Below, one piece after another: positions 9,640-19,437 of a DNA stretch of 32,000 nt (positions are counted from its first letter, which is position 1; the number at the start of each line of letters is the position of its first letter). The notes beneath the pieces were generated by a model that ran no database searches, was not told the DNA's origin, and worked only from the letters and a program-made list of their open reading frames with translations. The translations under genes were made by a program, and so were the position numbers. The DNA is taken from positions 510,001 to 542,000 of the forward strand of contig NZ_CP046578.1 of NCBI RefSeq assembly GCF_013365455.1, in the 5' to 3' direction. This DNA comes from Wolbachia endosymbiont of Dirofilaria (Dirofilaria) immitis (GTDB lineage Bacteria; Pseudomonadota; Alphaproteobacteria; Rickettsiales; Anaplasmataceae).

Positions 9640-10434
9640 ATGATAAGCAGTTTAACAGATAAAACTTCCTATATCAAGATGCACGGCACTGGTAACAACT
9701 TCGTTATCATAGACTCACGTGTAACAAATAACTTAGAATGGAGCTATAGAGAAATCGCAAACCAAAACGGATGCGATCAAGTAATAGTCATCACTGACTC
9801 TAGTACAGCTGATTGCTTTATGCACATTTATAATGCTGACGGTAGCAAAGTTGAAATGTGTGGGAATGCAGCGCGTTGCGTTGGATATCTGACAATGTTA
9901 GAAAAAGATACTGAGTATGCTACCATTGAGCTAGTAAATAATCGTATTTTAGAGTGTTTTAAAGTCAGTGACAAATTCATAAAGGTTAATATGGGTAAGC
10001 CCTTACTTAAATGGCATGAAATTCCTTTATCTATTGAATGTAACACTCTTTATTTACCTATAAAACTCGAGATGCTAAAAGATCCAGTCGCAGTAAATAT
10101 TGGTAACCCTCACATAATTTTTTTTGTTGATAATGTAGATACAATACCATTACTAAACTTAGGACCAAAATTGGAAAACCATGTATTCTTTCCAAAAAAA
10201 ACCAATGTTAGTATTGCACAGATTAAAAAATCTGGAGAAATAGCTTTGAGAGTCTGGGAAAGAGGTGCAGGTAACACTGCTTCATGTAGTAGTGCAGCTT
10301 GTGCAGCATTCGTCGCATCTATACTTCGTAAGTATTTAACTACTAAGCAAACTTCAGTAAGTTTACCAGGAGGAAACTTATTAGTTAAATGGACAAATAA
10401 TGTATATGTAGCTGGCAATGTAGGGTTTCTATAA
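9640..10434 (+). CDS. dapF: diaminopimelate epimerase
   Basis: KMHGTGNNFVIID at the N-terminus, both catalytic-Cys motifs (MCGNAARC and GNTASCSSAACA), and GNPH. The track ORF starts at TTG 9544, but its first 32 codons have no DapF-like sequence. ATG at 9640 gives a normal length of about 264 aa. Confidence 0.9.
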   Translation: MISSLTDKTSYIKMHGTGNNFVIIDSRVTNNLEWSYREIANQNGCDQVIVITDSSTADCFMHIYNADGSKVEMCGNAARCVGYLTMLEKDTEYATIELVNNRILECFKVSDKFIKVNMGKPLLKWHEIPLSIECNTLYLPIKLEMLKDPVAVNIGNPHIIFFVDNVDTIPLLNLGPKLENHVFFPKKTNVSIAQIKKSGEIALRVWERGAGNTASCSSAACAAFVASILRKYLTTKQTSVSLPGGNLLVKWTNNVYVAGNVGFL

Positions 10435-10441
10435 CGATACT

Positions 10442-11320
10442 TTAAACTTGATGCATCACCTCTAAAATCTTTTTACCAATCACCGCTGGAGTTTCTGCAA
10501 TTGCAATTCTTGCACTTTTCATAACCTCTAACTTTGCAGCGGCACTTCCACTACTAGAAGAAATAATAGCCCCAGCGTGCCCCATGCGTCTTCCTGGAGG
10601 CGCTGTTTGACCAGCTACAAATCCAACAACTGGCTTTTTAGTTTTCTCTGTCTTTATAAAATATGATACATCCTCCTCTTCATTTCCACCTATTTCACCA
10701 ATAATTATAATTCCATGAGTATCCTCATCTCTTAAAAACAGTTCCATACAGTTAACAAATGTCATGCCATGAACAGGATCACCTCCAATTCCGACGCATG
10801 TTGATTGACCAAGGCCAATAGCAGTCGTTTGTGCTACCGCCTCATAAGTTAAAGTTCCAGAACGAGATATAATTCCTATATGGCCACGCTTGTGGATATA
10901 TCCCGGCATAATTCCTATTTTACATTCTCCAGGTGTAATAACCCCTGGACAGTTTGGACCAATCAACCGACTTTTTGAACCTATAAGCTTATATTTAACT
11001 TTTACCATATCAAGTATAGGAATACCCTCTGTAATACAAACTATTAACTCTATCTCTGCACTTATTGCTTCAAGTATCGCATCAGCAGCAAACTTAGCAG
11101 GTACATATATTACTGTAGCATTCGCACCAGTTTTTTCTTTAGCTTCTCTTACAGTATTAAAAACTGGTAAATTTAGGTGAGTACTTCCACCTTTACCAGG
11201 AGTTACACCACCAACCATCTTTGTTCCATAACTTATTGCTTGCTCTGAGTGGAATGTACCCTGTGCACCAGTAAAACCCTGGCATATTAATTTTGTATCT
11301 TTATTTACTAAAATAGACAT
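10442..11320 (-). CDS. sucD: succinyl-CoA synthetase alpha subunit
   Basis: 292-aa ORF with [18 protein letters not shown] and the phosphohistidine loop MGHAGAII. It lies 3 nt downstream of sucC. Confidence 0.95.
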   Translation of the reverse strand: MSILVNKDTKLICQGFTGAQGTFHSEQAISYGTKMVGGVTPGKGGSTHLNLPVFNTVREAKEKTGANATVIYVPAKFAADAILEAISAEIELIVCITEGIPILDMVKVKYKLIGSKSRLIGPNCPGVITPGECKIGIMPGYIHKRGHIGIISRSGTLTYEAVAQTTAIGLGQSTCVGIGGDPVHGMTFVNCMELFLRDEDTHGIIIIGEIGGNEEEDVSYFIKTEKTKKPVVGFVAGQTAPPGRRMGHAGAIISSSSGSAAAKLEVMKSARIAIAETPAVIGKKILEVMHQV

Positions 11321-11323
11321 ACT

Positions 11324-12484
11324 TTATTTTACCTCTTTTACTATCTTCTGCGCAGCTTCACCAAGTTCATCTGTAGCAATAATGCTTAACCCTGACCCCT
11401 CTAAGATTTCTTTTCCTTCTTTAAAATTAGTACCTGATAACCTAACCACTAAAGGAACTCCAATATTCACTCCTTTTACAGCTTCAACAATTCCACTTGC
11501 AACAACATCACAACGCATTATTCCACCAAATATGTTAACTAAAATCCCTTTTACATTACTATCAGATAATATAATCCTAAACGCCTTGGTGACAGCTTCC
11601 TTATTTGCTCCACCACCAATATCCAAAAAATTTGCAGGCTCTGCTCCATAGTACTTTATTATATCCATTGTTGCCATAGCAAGACCAGCACCATTCACCA
11701 TGCAACCAATATTACCACCCATCTTTATATAACTAAGCCCATGCTTTGAAGCTTCTATTTCTTCTTTTACTTCCTCATCATAATCACGTAGTTGTACAAT
11801 TTCTGGATGACGATATAAAGCATTGTCATCAAAATTAATTTTTGCATCAAGTGCAATAAAATCACCTGAATTTGTTTCAGCTAGTGGATTAATCTCTATT
11901 TGACTTGCATCAGTTGTAATAAATGCATTATATACACTTTTTGCAACATCTGTTATTTTCTCTATTTGCTCTGGATTTAAATCAAAACTACTGTTTAATT
12001 TTCTGCTATCAAAACTTGCTAAACCAGAAGCAGGATTAATATCGAGCTTTACAATTTTCGTAGGAGAATCTTTTGCAACTTTTTCAATATCCACTCCACC
12101 TTCTGAAGAAAATATGAATGTTGGCCTGCTGAGCTTTAAATCAATTACTAAACCTAAATAATACTCTTTCTTAATATTCAAACCCTCTTCAATGTATACC
12201 CTTTTTACTTGCTGCCCACTTGGTCCCGTTTGGTAAGTCACCAAAGTCATACCAAGCATATCCCTCACAAGCTGTTGAGCTTCTTCAGTTGACTTTGCCA
12301 GTCTTACACCACCAGCTTTACCTCTACCACCTGCATGAATCTGAGCTTTAACTATAAGCACATCAGACTCTAATTGATTTATTCTAGTTTCTATTCCTTC
12401 TGCAGATGTAGTAACAAAACCCCTTAATACTGGAACATTAAATTTACGTAAAACCTCTTTTGCTTGATATTCATGAACATTCAT
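11324..12484 (-). CDS. sucC: succinyl-CoA synthetase beta subunit
   Basis: 386-aa ORF with [10 protein letters not shown], the ATP-grasp motif GGRGKAGGV, and [10 protein letters not shown]. Confidence 0.95.
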   Translation of the reverse strand: MNVHEYQAKEVLRKFNVPVLRGFVTTSAEGIETRINQLESDVLIVKAQIHAGGRGKAGGVRLAKSTEEAQQLVRDMLGMTLVTYQTGPSGQQVKRVYIEEGLNIKKEYYLGLVIDLKLSRPTFIFSSEGGVDIEKVAKDSPTKIVKLDINPASGLASFDSRKLNSSFDLNPEQIEKITDVAKSVYNAFITTDASQIEINPLAETNSGDFIALDAKINFDDNALYRHPEIVQLRDYDEEVKEEIEASKHGLSYIKMGGNIGCMVNGAGLAMATMDIIKYYGAEPANFLDIGGGANKEAVTKAFRIILSDSNVKGILVNIFGGIMRCDVVASGIVEAVKGVNIGVPLVVRLSGTNFKEGKEILEGSGLSIIATDELGEAAQKIVKEVK

Positions 12485-12517
12485 AAAATAACCAACATAA
12501 ACATAAATTATTAAAAA

Positions 12518-12718
12518 CTACCAACCATACCGTTGCCTTCTGCTCTCTTGTTGGCGCCTCTTTTTTTTGACTTCAGCCTTCTTCTTAGCTCTTATTTCCG
12601 ATTTCTTTTCATGATATTGTTTTTTTATTTTTACCCCTCTTCCTTCCTTTTGAATTGTTTTTTTTAATATTGGAAAAGCTCTACTTACATCACCATAATG
12701 AACTGATACCTCGATCAA
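12518..12718 (-). CDS. rpsU: 30S ribosomal protein S21
   Basis: 66-aa, very basic ORF (…HYEKKSEIRAKKKAEVKKKRRQQ…). The MIEVSV... start is typical of S21. It has a TTG start with GGAGG about 7 nt upstream. Confidence 0.85.
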   Translation of the reverse strand: MIEVSVHYGDVSRAFPILKKTIQKEGRGVKIKKQYHEKKSEIRAKKKAEVKKKRRQQESRRQRYGW

Positions 12719-12913
12719 ACTCTATACCTCCATTCATAACTATCTCAAAAAACTACTTATAAATTAGAAAATTAACATCGTCAATTACTTTATAAACTCA
12801 AGCATTAAGTTATACTGCAACTGGAACACTAAGCTCTACCTGTCAAAAACGTCAAAGCCCTCTAGCTTCTTGTGCACAATTCTCTCACATTGGAACAACA
12901 AGGATAGACCATA

Positions 12914-13417
12914 TCAATTAAAATTCTCACTGCTCACATTATCTGTTTGGTGTTGACTTTGTTGCTTATACATAGCTTCAAAATCTATAGGATCCAATAT
13001 AAGAGCAGGAAATCCACCACTACTTGTAATCCTTGCAATTATTTCCCTGACAAAAGGGAAAAGAAAAGTAGGACCACCTATAAACAGAGTTTGCCTTATC
13101 TCTTCCACATTTAGCTTCATAGAGTTTTCTATTGAAAAAATACCACAGTATTTTGTTTCACAAATGAAAGCAACACCATTTTTTATATTTTCACCTTCCA
13201 CCACTGCTTTAGCTTCTATATGCAAAGTAACCTCATGAAAAGATTTTTCTTCACCATTTCCTTCTTTACCTTCAGTTCCTTCTAACTTCACTGAATTAAC
13301 ATTAACCATTACATTAATACTTGGAGCTTCTCTTAAAAAAAGAAATGGTGAATTCGGATTTTCAAATGATAGATCCTTAATATATTGGCCATGAATCTTT
13401 ATTTTGCGTTGTGACAT
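12914..13417 (-). CDS. secB: protein-export chaperone SecB
   Basis: 167-aa ORF with IKDLSFENPN, then ...CGIFSI... and LFPFVREIIA, plus an acidic C-terminus, the SecB family pattern. Confidence 0.9.
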   Translation of the reverse strand: MSQRKIKIHGQYIKDLSFENPNSPFLFLREAPSINVMVNVNSVKLEGTEGKEGNGEEKSFHEVTLHIEAKAVVEGENIKNGVAFICETKYCGIFSIENSMKLNVEEIRQTLFIGGPTFLFPFVREIIARITSSGGFPALILDPIDFEAMYKQQSQHQTDNVSSENFN

Positions 13418-13581
13418 TTCTTACGCTCCATAATCAAGTTGAAGTATTTAATATTTTCCTCTACAATATAGTCATTTGTAAATGAATAGCAAATCTAAAT
13501 CGTAGGTTGATATAGAATAAGCATATTTTATTAACAATTCATAATGTTCAGGTACTTTACATTCTAAGGAGTTGAGTTACT

Positions 13582-14247
13582 ATGGTAGAGCTTGTAGTAT
13601 ATGCTTTATTAGCAGCATTTATTTTTTCACGGTTATATAACTCTTTAGGAAAGTTAACAAATCCAAATTTAAGAAAATTAACTAATGTACTCGATGTAGG
13701 CAAAAGTAATGAAGACATAACAGAAAACATTGAAGACTACATTAATAGTAATAACAAAAGCTTAATAAAAGCCGCTTACAAACAAATACTACAAAAAAAC
13801 AAAGACTTTTCCATTTCCTATTTTATGGAAGGTTCAAGTATAGCTTTTGAGCTAATAATAAAATACTTCAATCAAGGAAATCTATCTCAATTAAAACCTC
13901 TTTTAGATAAAGGCTTATATAACAACTTTGCAGAGAAAATCAGACACCGCCAAGAAACACACGAATCTATAATTGTTTCTATTATTTCACAAAAGATTTT
14001 AGAAATAAAACTAGTGAAAAATGTAGTGTTTATTGCAGTGTATTTCCTTTCAGAGCAAATTAATTTTGTTAAGGATGATAAAGGAAATATTATATCAGGT
14101 AGCACATCTACGATCAATAAAGTTGAGGATATATGGCAATTCAAAAAAAATATCAATTCATCAGACCCAAGCTGGCTGCTTGTTTCTATTAACTACAATA
14201 AAGACAATGATGATAAAAAACCAATAACCAATGGTAAACAGTGTTAG
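13582..14247 (+). CDS. Tim44-like domain protein
   Basis: 221-aa ORF with an N-terminal membrane anchor (LVVYALLAAFIFSRLYNSLGK) followed by a Tim44-type C-terminal domain (F...A...F..I...F..G....L..L......W.F). It is divergent from secB, a pairing common in alphaproteobacteria. AAGGAG lies 9 nt upstream of the ATG. Confidence 0.75.
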   Translation: MVELVVYALLAAFIFSRLYNSLGKLTNPNLRKLTNVLDVGKSNEDITENIEDYINSNNKSLIKAAYKQILQKNKDFSISYFMEGSSIAFELIIKYFNQGNLSQLKPLLDKGLYNNFAEKIRHRQETHESIIVSIISQKILEIKLVKNVVFIAVYFLSEQINFVKDDKGNIISGSTSTINKVEDIWQFKKNINSSDPSWLLVSINYNKDNDDKKPITNGKQC

Positions 14248-14265
14248 CCCTGTTTAAAATCGATC

Positions 14266-14961
14266 ATGAAAAGTAAGCTGCGTGAAATAGTACTTGATAC
14301 TGAAACTACTGGCCTTGATATTGAATTTGGTCACCGGATTATCGAAATAGGATGTATAGAATTGATTAACCGCGTCCCAACAGGTAAAGTATTCCATCAG
14401 TACCTTAATCCAGAAAGGAATATACCTTATCATTCATTTAAGATTCATGGCATTAGCGAAGAATTTTTGGAAGATAAACCATTATTTTCAGATATTGTAC
14501 TTGAATTTCTTGACTTTATATCTAGCGATATCTTAATAATCCATAATGCTGAATTCGATATCAAGTTCCTTAACATGGAACTTAGTAAACTGAATGCCGG
14601 ATCAATTTCCTTAAACAGAGTACTAGATACATTACCACTTGCAAGAAAAAAGTTTGTAGGATCACCAGCATCTTTAAGTGCATTATGCAAACGATTTGAT
14701 ATATCGCTAGGGAACAGAGAATTACACGGAGCACTAATTGATGCTCAACTGCTTGCAAAAGTTTATGTTGAGCTTACAGGAGGGTTACAAACTTTCTTAT
14801 TTGATAATCAATATAAACAAGATAACAACTCTGCAATTATTTATCACAAAGTGCGTGATTTAGCTCACAGGAAACATTCATTAAGTGATGAAGAAGTTAA
14901 TGAACATAGAAAACTGTTAGATAAAATTAATAACCCACTTTGGAAAGAATATATTGAGTAA
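14266..14961 (+). CDS. dnaQ: DNA polymerase III epsilon subunit (3'-5' exonuclease)
   Basis: 231-aa ORF with Exo I LDTETTGL, Exo II HNAEFDIKFL and Exo III HGALIDAQLLAKVY. Confidence 0.92.
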   Translation: MKSKLREIVLDTETTGLDIEFGHRIIEIGCIELINRVPTGKVFHQYLNPERNIPYHSFKIHGISEEFLEDKPLFSDIVLEFLDFISSDILIIHNAEFDIKFLNMELSKLNAGSISLNRVLDTLPLARKKFVGSPASLSALCKRFDISLGNRELHGALIDAQLLAKVYVELTGGLQTFLFDNQYKQDNNSAIIYHKVRDLAHRKHSLSDEEVNEHRKLLDKINNPLWKEYIE

Positions 14962-14995
14962 ATTAATTAATAAGATATAATCTTATTTTTTCAAG

Positions 14996-15622
14996 GTGTT
15001 TTTGATGACCAAGTTTACAAGATTGTTACCTGTTATGCTAATAGCATTATTAGTAGTCATTTTTCTTAGTTATTGTTATTTCACCAAAAGATACATATTT
15101 ACCTCAATAGCTACCCACAACACAGAAGTTAAAATAGGAAGAGATTTTGTTCTAATTAACCAAGACAATCAAATTATACACAGTCAAGATTTTAAAGATA
15201 AGTATATGATGATTTTCTTTGGGTTCTCTTCATGTAAAAAGGTTTGCCCTATGAATCTTGGAATAATTTCAGAGGTACTTACAAAACTAGATGAGAAAAC
15301 TAATAAGAAGCTACAAACATTTTTCATAACAGTTGACCCTGAACGTGACAGTACAGAAAAGCTTAAAGAATTTCAGCAGCAATTTGACTATAGAATACAG
15401 ATGTTGACTGGTGAAAGAGAAAAAATAGATGAGGTAATTACAAGTTATAAAGTATACGCTAGCAAAACTGGCGGAGAAGAAGAGATTAACCATTCTTCGA
15501 TAATATATCTTATTGGCCCTAAGGGAAAATACATCACACACTTTACAGCTGATCTAAACTCAGATGAAAGTCAATCTGATAAGATTGCAGCTGAAATTAA
15601 GAAATATATAAATGAACTATAG
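14996..15622 (+). CDS. SCO1/SenC family copper chaperone (cytochrome oxidase assembly)
   Basis: 208-aa ORF with an N-terminal TM helix, a thioredoxin-fold CxxxC motif (FSSCKKVCP), DPERD, and the conserved H (INHSS). The track start is GTG 14996; ATG at 15005 is an alternative. Confidence 0.85.
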   Translation: MFLMTKFTRLLPVMLIALLVVIFLSYCYFTKRYIFTSIATHNTEVKIGRDFVLINQDNQIIHSQDFKDKYMMIFFGFSSCKKVCPMNLGIISEVLTKLDEKTNKKLQTFFITVDPERDSTEKLKEFQQQFDYRIQMLTGEREKIDEVITSYKVYASKTGGEEEINHSSIIYLIGPKGKYITHFTADLNSDESQSDKIAAEIKKYINEL

Positions 15623-15627
15623 GCTCC

Positions 15628-15659
15628 CTGTACCTAAATGGATCTGTACCTAAATGGAT
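15628..15659. repeat. perfect 2 x 16 bp tandem duplication (ctgtacctaaatggat)
   Basis: 15628-15643 and 15644-15659 are identical. The repeat lies in the 82-bp spacer between the convergent SCO1-like and gltA genes. Confidence 0.95.
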
Positions 15660-15704
15660 ATATTAAATCTGTGGCAATTAACGCTTAAAATTAGGAATGC
15701 AGGT

Positions 15705-16955
15705 TCACTTACCAATATAGAGTTGTCTCGGCCTACAAACCTTAGTTTCTCTATCACTCATCATTTCATACCATTGAGCGACCCACCCAGTGGTTCTTGA
15801 AAGAGCAAAAATAGGCGTGAACATATTTGAAGGAATATTAATAGCATTCATTATTATACCAGAGTAAAAATCAACATTAGGATATAACTTACGCACAACA
15901 AAATACTCATCCTTTAAAGCTATTTCCCCAAGCTTCTTTGCAATCTCAAGTAGTTCATTATTCTGCTCGAGCTTATCTAAAACCTCATCACAAGTGTCTT
16001 TCAATATACGTGCACGCGGATCGTAGTTTTTATAAACACGATGCCCAAATCCCATTAGTCTAAATGGATCTTTATCATCTCTAGCTTTTTTAATAAATTT
16101 ATCTATATCCCCACTTTGTCTTATTTCCTTTAACATACTTATAGTTGCCTCATTAGCTCCACCATGTGCTGGCCCCCAAAGGGCAGCAACCCCTGCAGAC
16201 AGACTCGCTAATAGATTAGAACCAGCTGACCCTACTAATCTAACAGCTGTCGTAGAAGCATTTTGCTCATGGTCAGCATGAAGAGTAAATATTTTATCCA
16301 GAGCCCTTGCAAAAAGAGTGCTTCTATTACTATCAAAAGTATCACCAAACATCATCCTTAAGAAATTTTCACTATAGTTTAATTCACTATCAGCATCTAT
16401 GAATGTCTGATTGTTGATATATCTATATATCATTGCAACAATTGCAGGAACTTGTGCTATCGCAGAGATTCCAAAATCCAGGTCTTTATTATTAATATTA
16501 GTACCATGCTCTTCATAGTACAATGCTGACAAACTTGCAAAACATGCAATCAAAATTGACATAGGATGAGCAGTTTTTGGAAACGCTTTAATCACATCAA
16601 TAACCTGCTCTGGCACTTTGGACAACCTTTTTATTTTTAGAAGAAACATTTCATATTGTTCTAGACTGGGCAACTTACCATAGAGTAATAAATAAATTAC
16701 AGTAGTAAAATCATTATTCTCTGCCAAATCAGTTATATCATGCCCCCTATACCTAAGTACTCCTTCATTCCCATCAATGAATGTAATTGCAGAAGAACAC
16801 GCAGATGTGGAAATAAACCCTGGATCATAAGTAAATAGTCCTGTCACCTTATATAAGTCCTTAATATTTAATACATCAGGACCTATTGTTCCGCTTAATA
16901 TGGGTAGCTCAACTTTTAATCCATTGCTTAATTCTAATAACGCCTTTTTATCCAT
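15705..16955 (-). CDS. gltA: citrate synthase
   Basis: 416-aa ORF with the signature GFGHRVYKNYDPRA, plus HADHEQNAST and RPRQLY. Confidence 0.95.
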   Translation of the reverse strand: MDKKALLELSNGLKVELPILSGTIGPDVLNIKDLYKVTGLFTYDPGFISTSACSSAITFIDGNEGVLRYRGHDITDLAENNDFTTVIYLLLYGKLPSLEQYEMFLLKIKRLSKVPEQVIDVIKAFPKTAHPMSILIACFASLSALYYEEHGTNINNKDLDFGISAIAQVPAIVAMIYRYINNQTFIDADSELNYSENFLRMMFGDTFDSNRSTLFARALDKIFTLHADHEQNASTTAVRLVGSAGSNLLASLSAGVAALWGPAHGGANEATISMLKEIRQSGDIDKFIKKARDDKDPFRLMGFGHRVYKNYDPRARILKDTCDEVLDKLEQNNELLEIAKKLGEIALKDEYFVVRKLYPNVDFYSGIIMNAINIPSNMFTPIFALSRTTGWVAQWYEMMSDRETKVCRPRQLYIGK

Positions 16956-17037
16956 AATTTAAGCTACTCAAACTTTATATAAAGCACGTAAACCAAAAAG
17001 TACACATAAAACCTTAATTAACCTTAGATTAATTGCA

Positions 17038-17307
17038 TCAAACAGTCATCAATGCTTTTACTCTCGCATTCAAGCGACTTATCTTACGTGCAGCAGTCTT
17101 CTTATGAAGAACACCTTTATTTACACACTTATGCAAATTAGACTCAGCGTTTCGAAATGCTAGAATAACACTCTCTTTATTACCAGATTTAATTATATCA
17201 ACTAATTTTCTAATAGCAGTACGAGTTTTACTTTTGCGCATTTTGTTTATCAAAGTGCGCTTTGTTATCACTTTCACCATTTTTTTAGCACTTTTATGAT
17301 TTGCCAT
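17038..17307 (-). CDS. rpsT: 30S ribosomal protein S20
   Basis: 89-aa basic ORF. MANHKSAKK...R....N....S..RT..K is typical of S20. Confidence 0.9.
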   Translation of the reverse strand: MANHKSAKKMVKVITKRTLINKMRKSKTRTAIRKLVDIIKSGNKESVILAFRNAESNLHKCVNKGVLHKKTAARKISRLNARVKALMTV

Positions 17308-17341
17308 ATATTAATAACTACAACACTATATTTCCTTCTCA

Positions 17342-18085
17342 TTATAAAAACTTTCCACTAATTTGCAATACCAGTTTTCCTTCAGCCAATTCACTACTTT
17401 TTTCTTCAATATTTTTTTCTAATTTTTTTAAAAATTCACCTCTGCTTAATCCCGGATATATTGAAGGCAATATCTCTATTATCGCCTTTCCAGGATTTTT
17501 TTTCACAGAAAGTATGCTCTTTGGCCAAAATAAACCAGTATTTAAAGCAACTGGTAACACAGGAACAGATAATATACTATATAAAGCAGCTACACCCGAT
17601 TGATACTTCACCTTTTGCTTTGCAAGCGTCCTGGTACCTTCAGGAAATATAATTATGCTCCTATTTTCTTTTACACGTACCTTTGCTAGCTTAACAATAT
17701 GGCGTATAGAGCTGATACCATCCAAGCGGTTAATAAAAATCATTCCAAGCACGACGAGATGTAAGCCAACAAATGGGATCCACTTTAGTTCACGTTTTAA
17801 AACAAAAACTGCATTTCTAAATAAAAGTATAAAAATAAATGTCTCAAACGGAGATTGGTGTTTAGAGGCTACTATAAAGGGCTGCTTTGGAATGTTTTCC
17901 ACCCCTCTAATTTCATACTCAATACCACATAATAAACGAAGCATGTAAAATACAACCTTAACTGAAAAGGCAAGAAAAATAGTTACTACATGTGTAGGAA
18001 AAAAGAGTACAGGAAGAGTAACTAAAGTATAAAGTACTCCCCACAATACAAGAAAAAAGTTAAATAACAAATTCAAAGCTACCAA
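17342..18085 (-). CDS. plsC: 1-acyl-sn-glycerol-3-phosphate acyltransferase
   Basis: 247-aa ORF with an N-terminal TM segment, acyltransferase motif I (KHQSPFETF, the HQSxxET variant) and motif III (FPEGTR). TTG start at 18085. Confidence 0.85.
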   Translation of the reverse strand: MVALNLLFNFFLVLWGVLYTLVTLPVLFFPTHVVTIFLAFSVKVVFYMLRLLCGIEYEIRGVENIPKQPFIVASKHQSPFETFIFILLFRNAVFVLKRELKWIPFVGLHLVVLGMIFINRLDGISSIRHIVKLAKVRVKENRSIIIFPEGTRTLAKQKVKYQSGVAALYSILSVPVLPVALNTGLFWPKSILSVKKNPGKAIIEILPSIYPGLSRGEFLKKLEKNIEEKSSELAEGKLVLQISGKFL

Positions 18086-18138
18086 ATCTAGATGAATTTA
18101 TTTAAGTTTAACTCTACTACAAACTTTAAACAATAAGT

Positions 18139-19128
18139 TTAACTATTAATCACCTGAGTAATAGGGTGTAAGTCAGCTAATTTACCTTTCAATTCTTTGT
18201 TAGTAACATGAGTATATATTTGAGTTGTAGAAAGGTTAGTATGACCAAGAATTCTTTGTATCAGTACAATACTTGCTCCACTATCCAGTAAATGAGTAGC
18301 AAAAGAATGCCTAATTACATGCGGAGAGATTTTACTTTCATCAATATTACACTTTTTTGCTAATTCCTTAATTAATTGACCGATTCTCTGTCTTGTAATT
18401 GGCTTATTAGGTTTACTACCTGGAAATAACCAATCAGACTCCTTATCTCCAGGTATTAGGTTACAACGAACTGATAAATAATTTTTAAGGCTTTTTAGTG
18501 CTTGTTCATTAAAAAGGATTTGCCTTTCTTTACCACTTTTCCCTTTTATAATTATAAAACATTCTCTGTCATTACTATTTACTAAATGTAATACCTCACA
18601 TAACTTCATATTAATCAGTTCAGTAATACGCATACCAGAAGAGTAAAGGATATCTAAAATGGCACATAGTCTCTTATTGCTTATCTCTTTATTCGATCCG
18701 CTTACTGATTTTCTGACTGTATTCATCAGCAAAAGCATTTCTCCAACACTTAAACACTTTGGTAGAGGACGAGAAACTCTCGGACTTTTTAATTCATCAT
18801 CATTAGCTGGAGCTGGATTAAAATCTATTATTCCATCATTAAATAAGCACTTATAAAAATTTTTCACAGCAGATATCTTTCTTGATATAGAACTACCTTT
18901 ATATTTCTTTTGCATGCTTAGAGACTTCACATAATCTTTAATATTAGCTTTACTTGCATTAATTAAAGTAGTACCACCTCTCAATAAAAAATCCTCAAGC
19001 TGAAGTAAATCCGAACGATAACTTTCTAAAGTATTTTGCGTAGCAGACCTCTCTGATACTAAAACATCTATATAATAGGTTATATAAAGATTTTCTTTTT
19101 TATCTTGCAATTGTTCACTCTCCACCAC
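18139..19128 (-). CDS. xerD: site-specific tyrosine recombinase XerD
   Basis: 329-aa ORF. The N-terminal SAM-like domain has NTLESYRSDL. The catalytic domain has GKSGKERQILF, HVIRHSFATHLL and LGHTNLSTTQIYTHV (R-H-R-Y set). It resembles XerD more than XerC. GTG start. Confidence 0.8.
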   Translation of the reverse strand: MVESEQLQDKKENLYITYYIDVLVSERSATQNTLESYRSDLLQLEDFLLRGGTTLINASKANIKDYVKSLSMQKKYKGSSISRKISAVKNFYKCLFNDGIIDFNPAPANDDELKSPRVSRPLPKCLSVGEMLLLMNTVRKSVSGSNKEISNKRLCAILDILYSSGMRITELINMKLCEVLHLVNSNDRECFIIIKGKSGKERQILFNEQALKSLKNYLSVRCNLIPGDKESDWLFPGSKPNKPITRQRIGQLIKELAKKCNIDESKISPHVIRHSFATHLLDSGASIVLIQRILGHTNLSTTQIYTHVTNKELKGKLADLHPITQVINS

Positions 19129-19175
19129 TAACTCCTATATTTATTTCTTTAACTACAGTTTGATTAGAAACGTTA

Positions 19176-19202
19176 CTCATATTTTTTATCAAAAAATATG
19201 AG
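19176..19202. repeat. perfect inverted repeat, 12-bp arms with a 3-nt spacer (ctcatatttttt atc aaaaaatatgag)
   Basis: Read directly from the sequence. It lies 48-74 nt upstream of the xerD start, inside the 309-bp hda-xerD spacer. Confidence 0.9.
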
Positions 19203-19437
19203 ATAAACAAAGCATTCACCAATATTATAAGTACAATAAGCCTGCGTCTTAATTTCTTTTTTAGATTTGACCTTACTTTTACCATAGTTAAATTATAATA
19301 TCAAACCTATAGAAAATATCTACAAACTACTGCAATACATTACCCTTAGCCACATCCAATTATACCTACAGTAGTTTTATAGCACCAGAGTAATTAAGCG
19401 GTAGATCATTTGCTAGACCACAGATACTAATAAATCC

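Noticed and set aside
9828-10418. Minus-strand ORFs 9828-10046 and 10110-10418
   Set aside because: They are antisense within dapF, which carries clear catalytic motifs, and have no family resemblance.
10890-11651. Plus-strand ORFs 10890-11180 and 11382-11651
   Set aside because: They are antisense shadows of sucD and sucC.
13887-14690. ORFs 13887-14156 (-), 14033-14227 (+) and 14445-14690 (-)
   Set aside because: They are embedded in or antisense to the Tim44-like and dnaQ genes. The alternative frames lack motifs.
15311-15541. Minus-strand ORF of 76 aa
   Set aside because: It is antisense inside the SCO1/SenC gene.
17301-17948. Plus-strand ORFs 17301-17603, 17461-17652 and 17655-17948
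   Set aside because: They are antisense to plsC (with a small overlap of the rpsT start). plsC has the acyltransferase motifs and these ORFs have none.
18139-19128. Tyrosine recombinase as an integrase marking a mobile element or island
   Set aside because: The domain pattern and motifs match the chromosomal dimer-resolution enzyme XerD. There are no flanking repeats, no tRNA target, and no phage or IS genes nearby.
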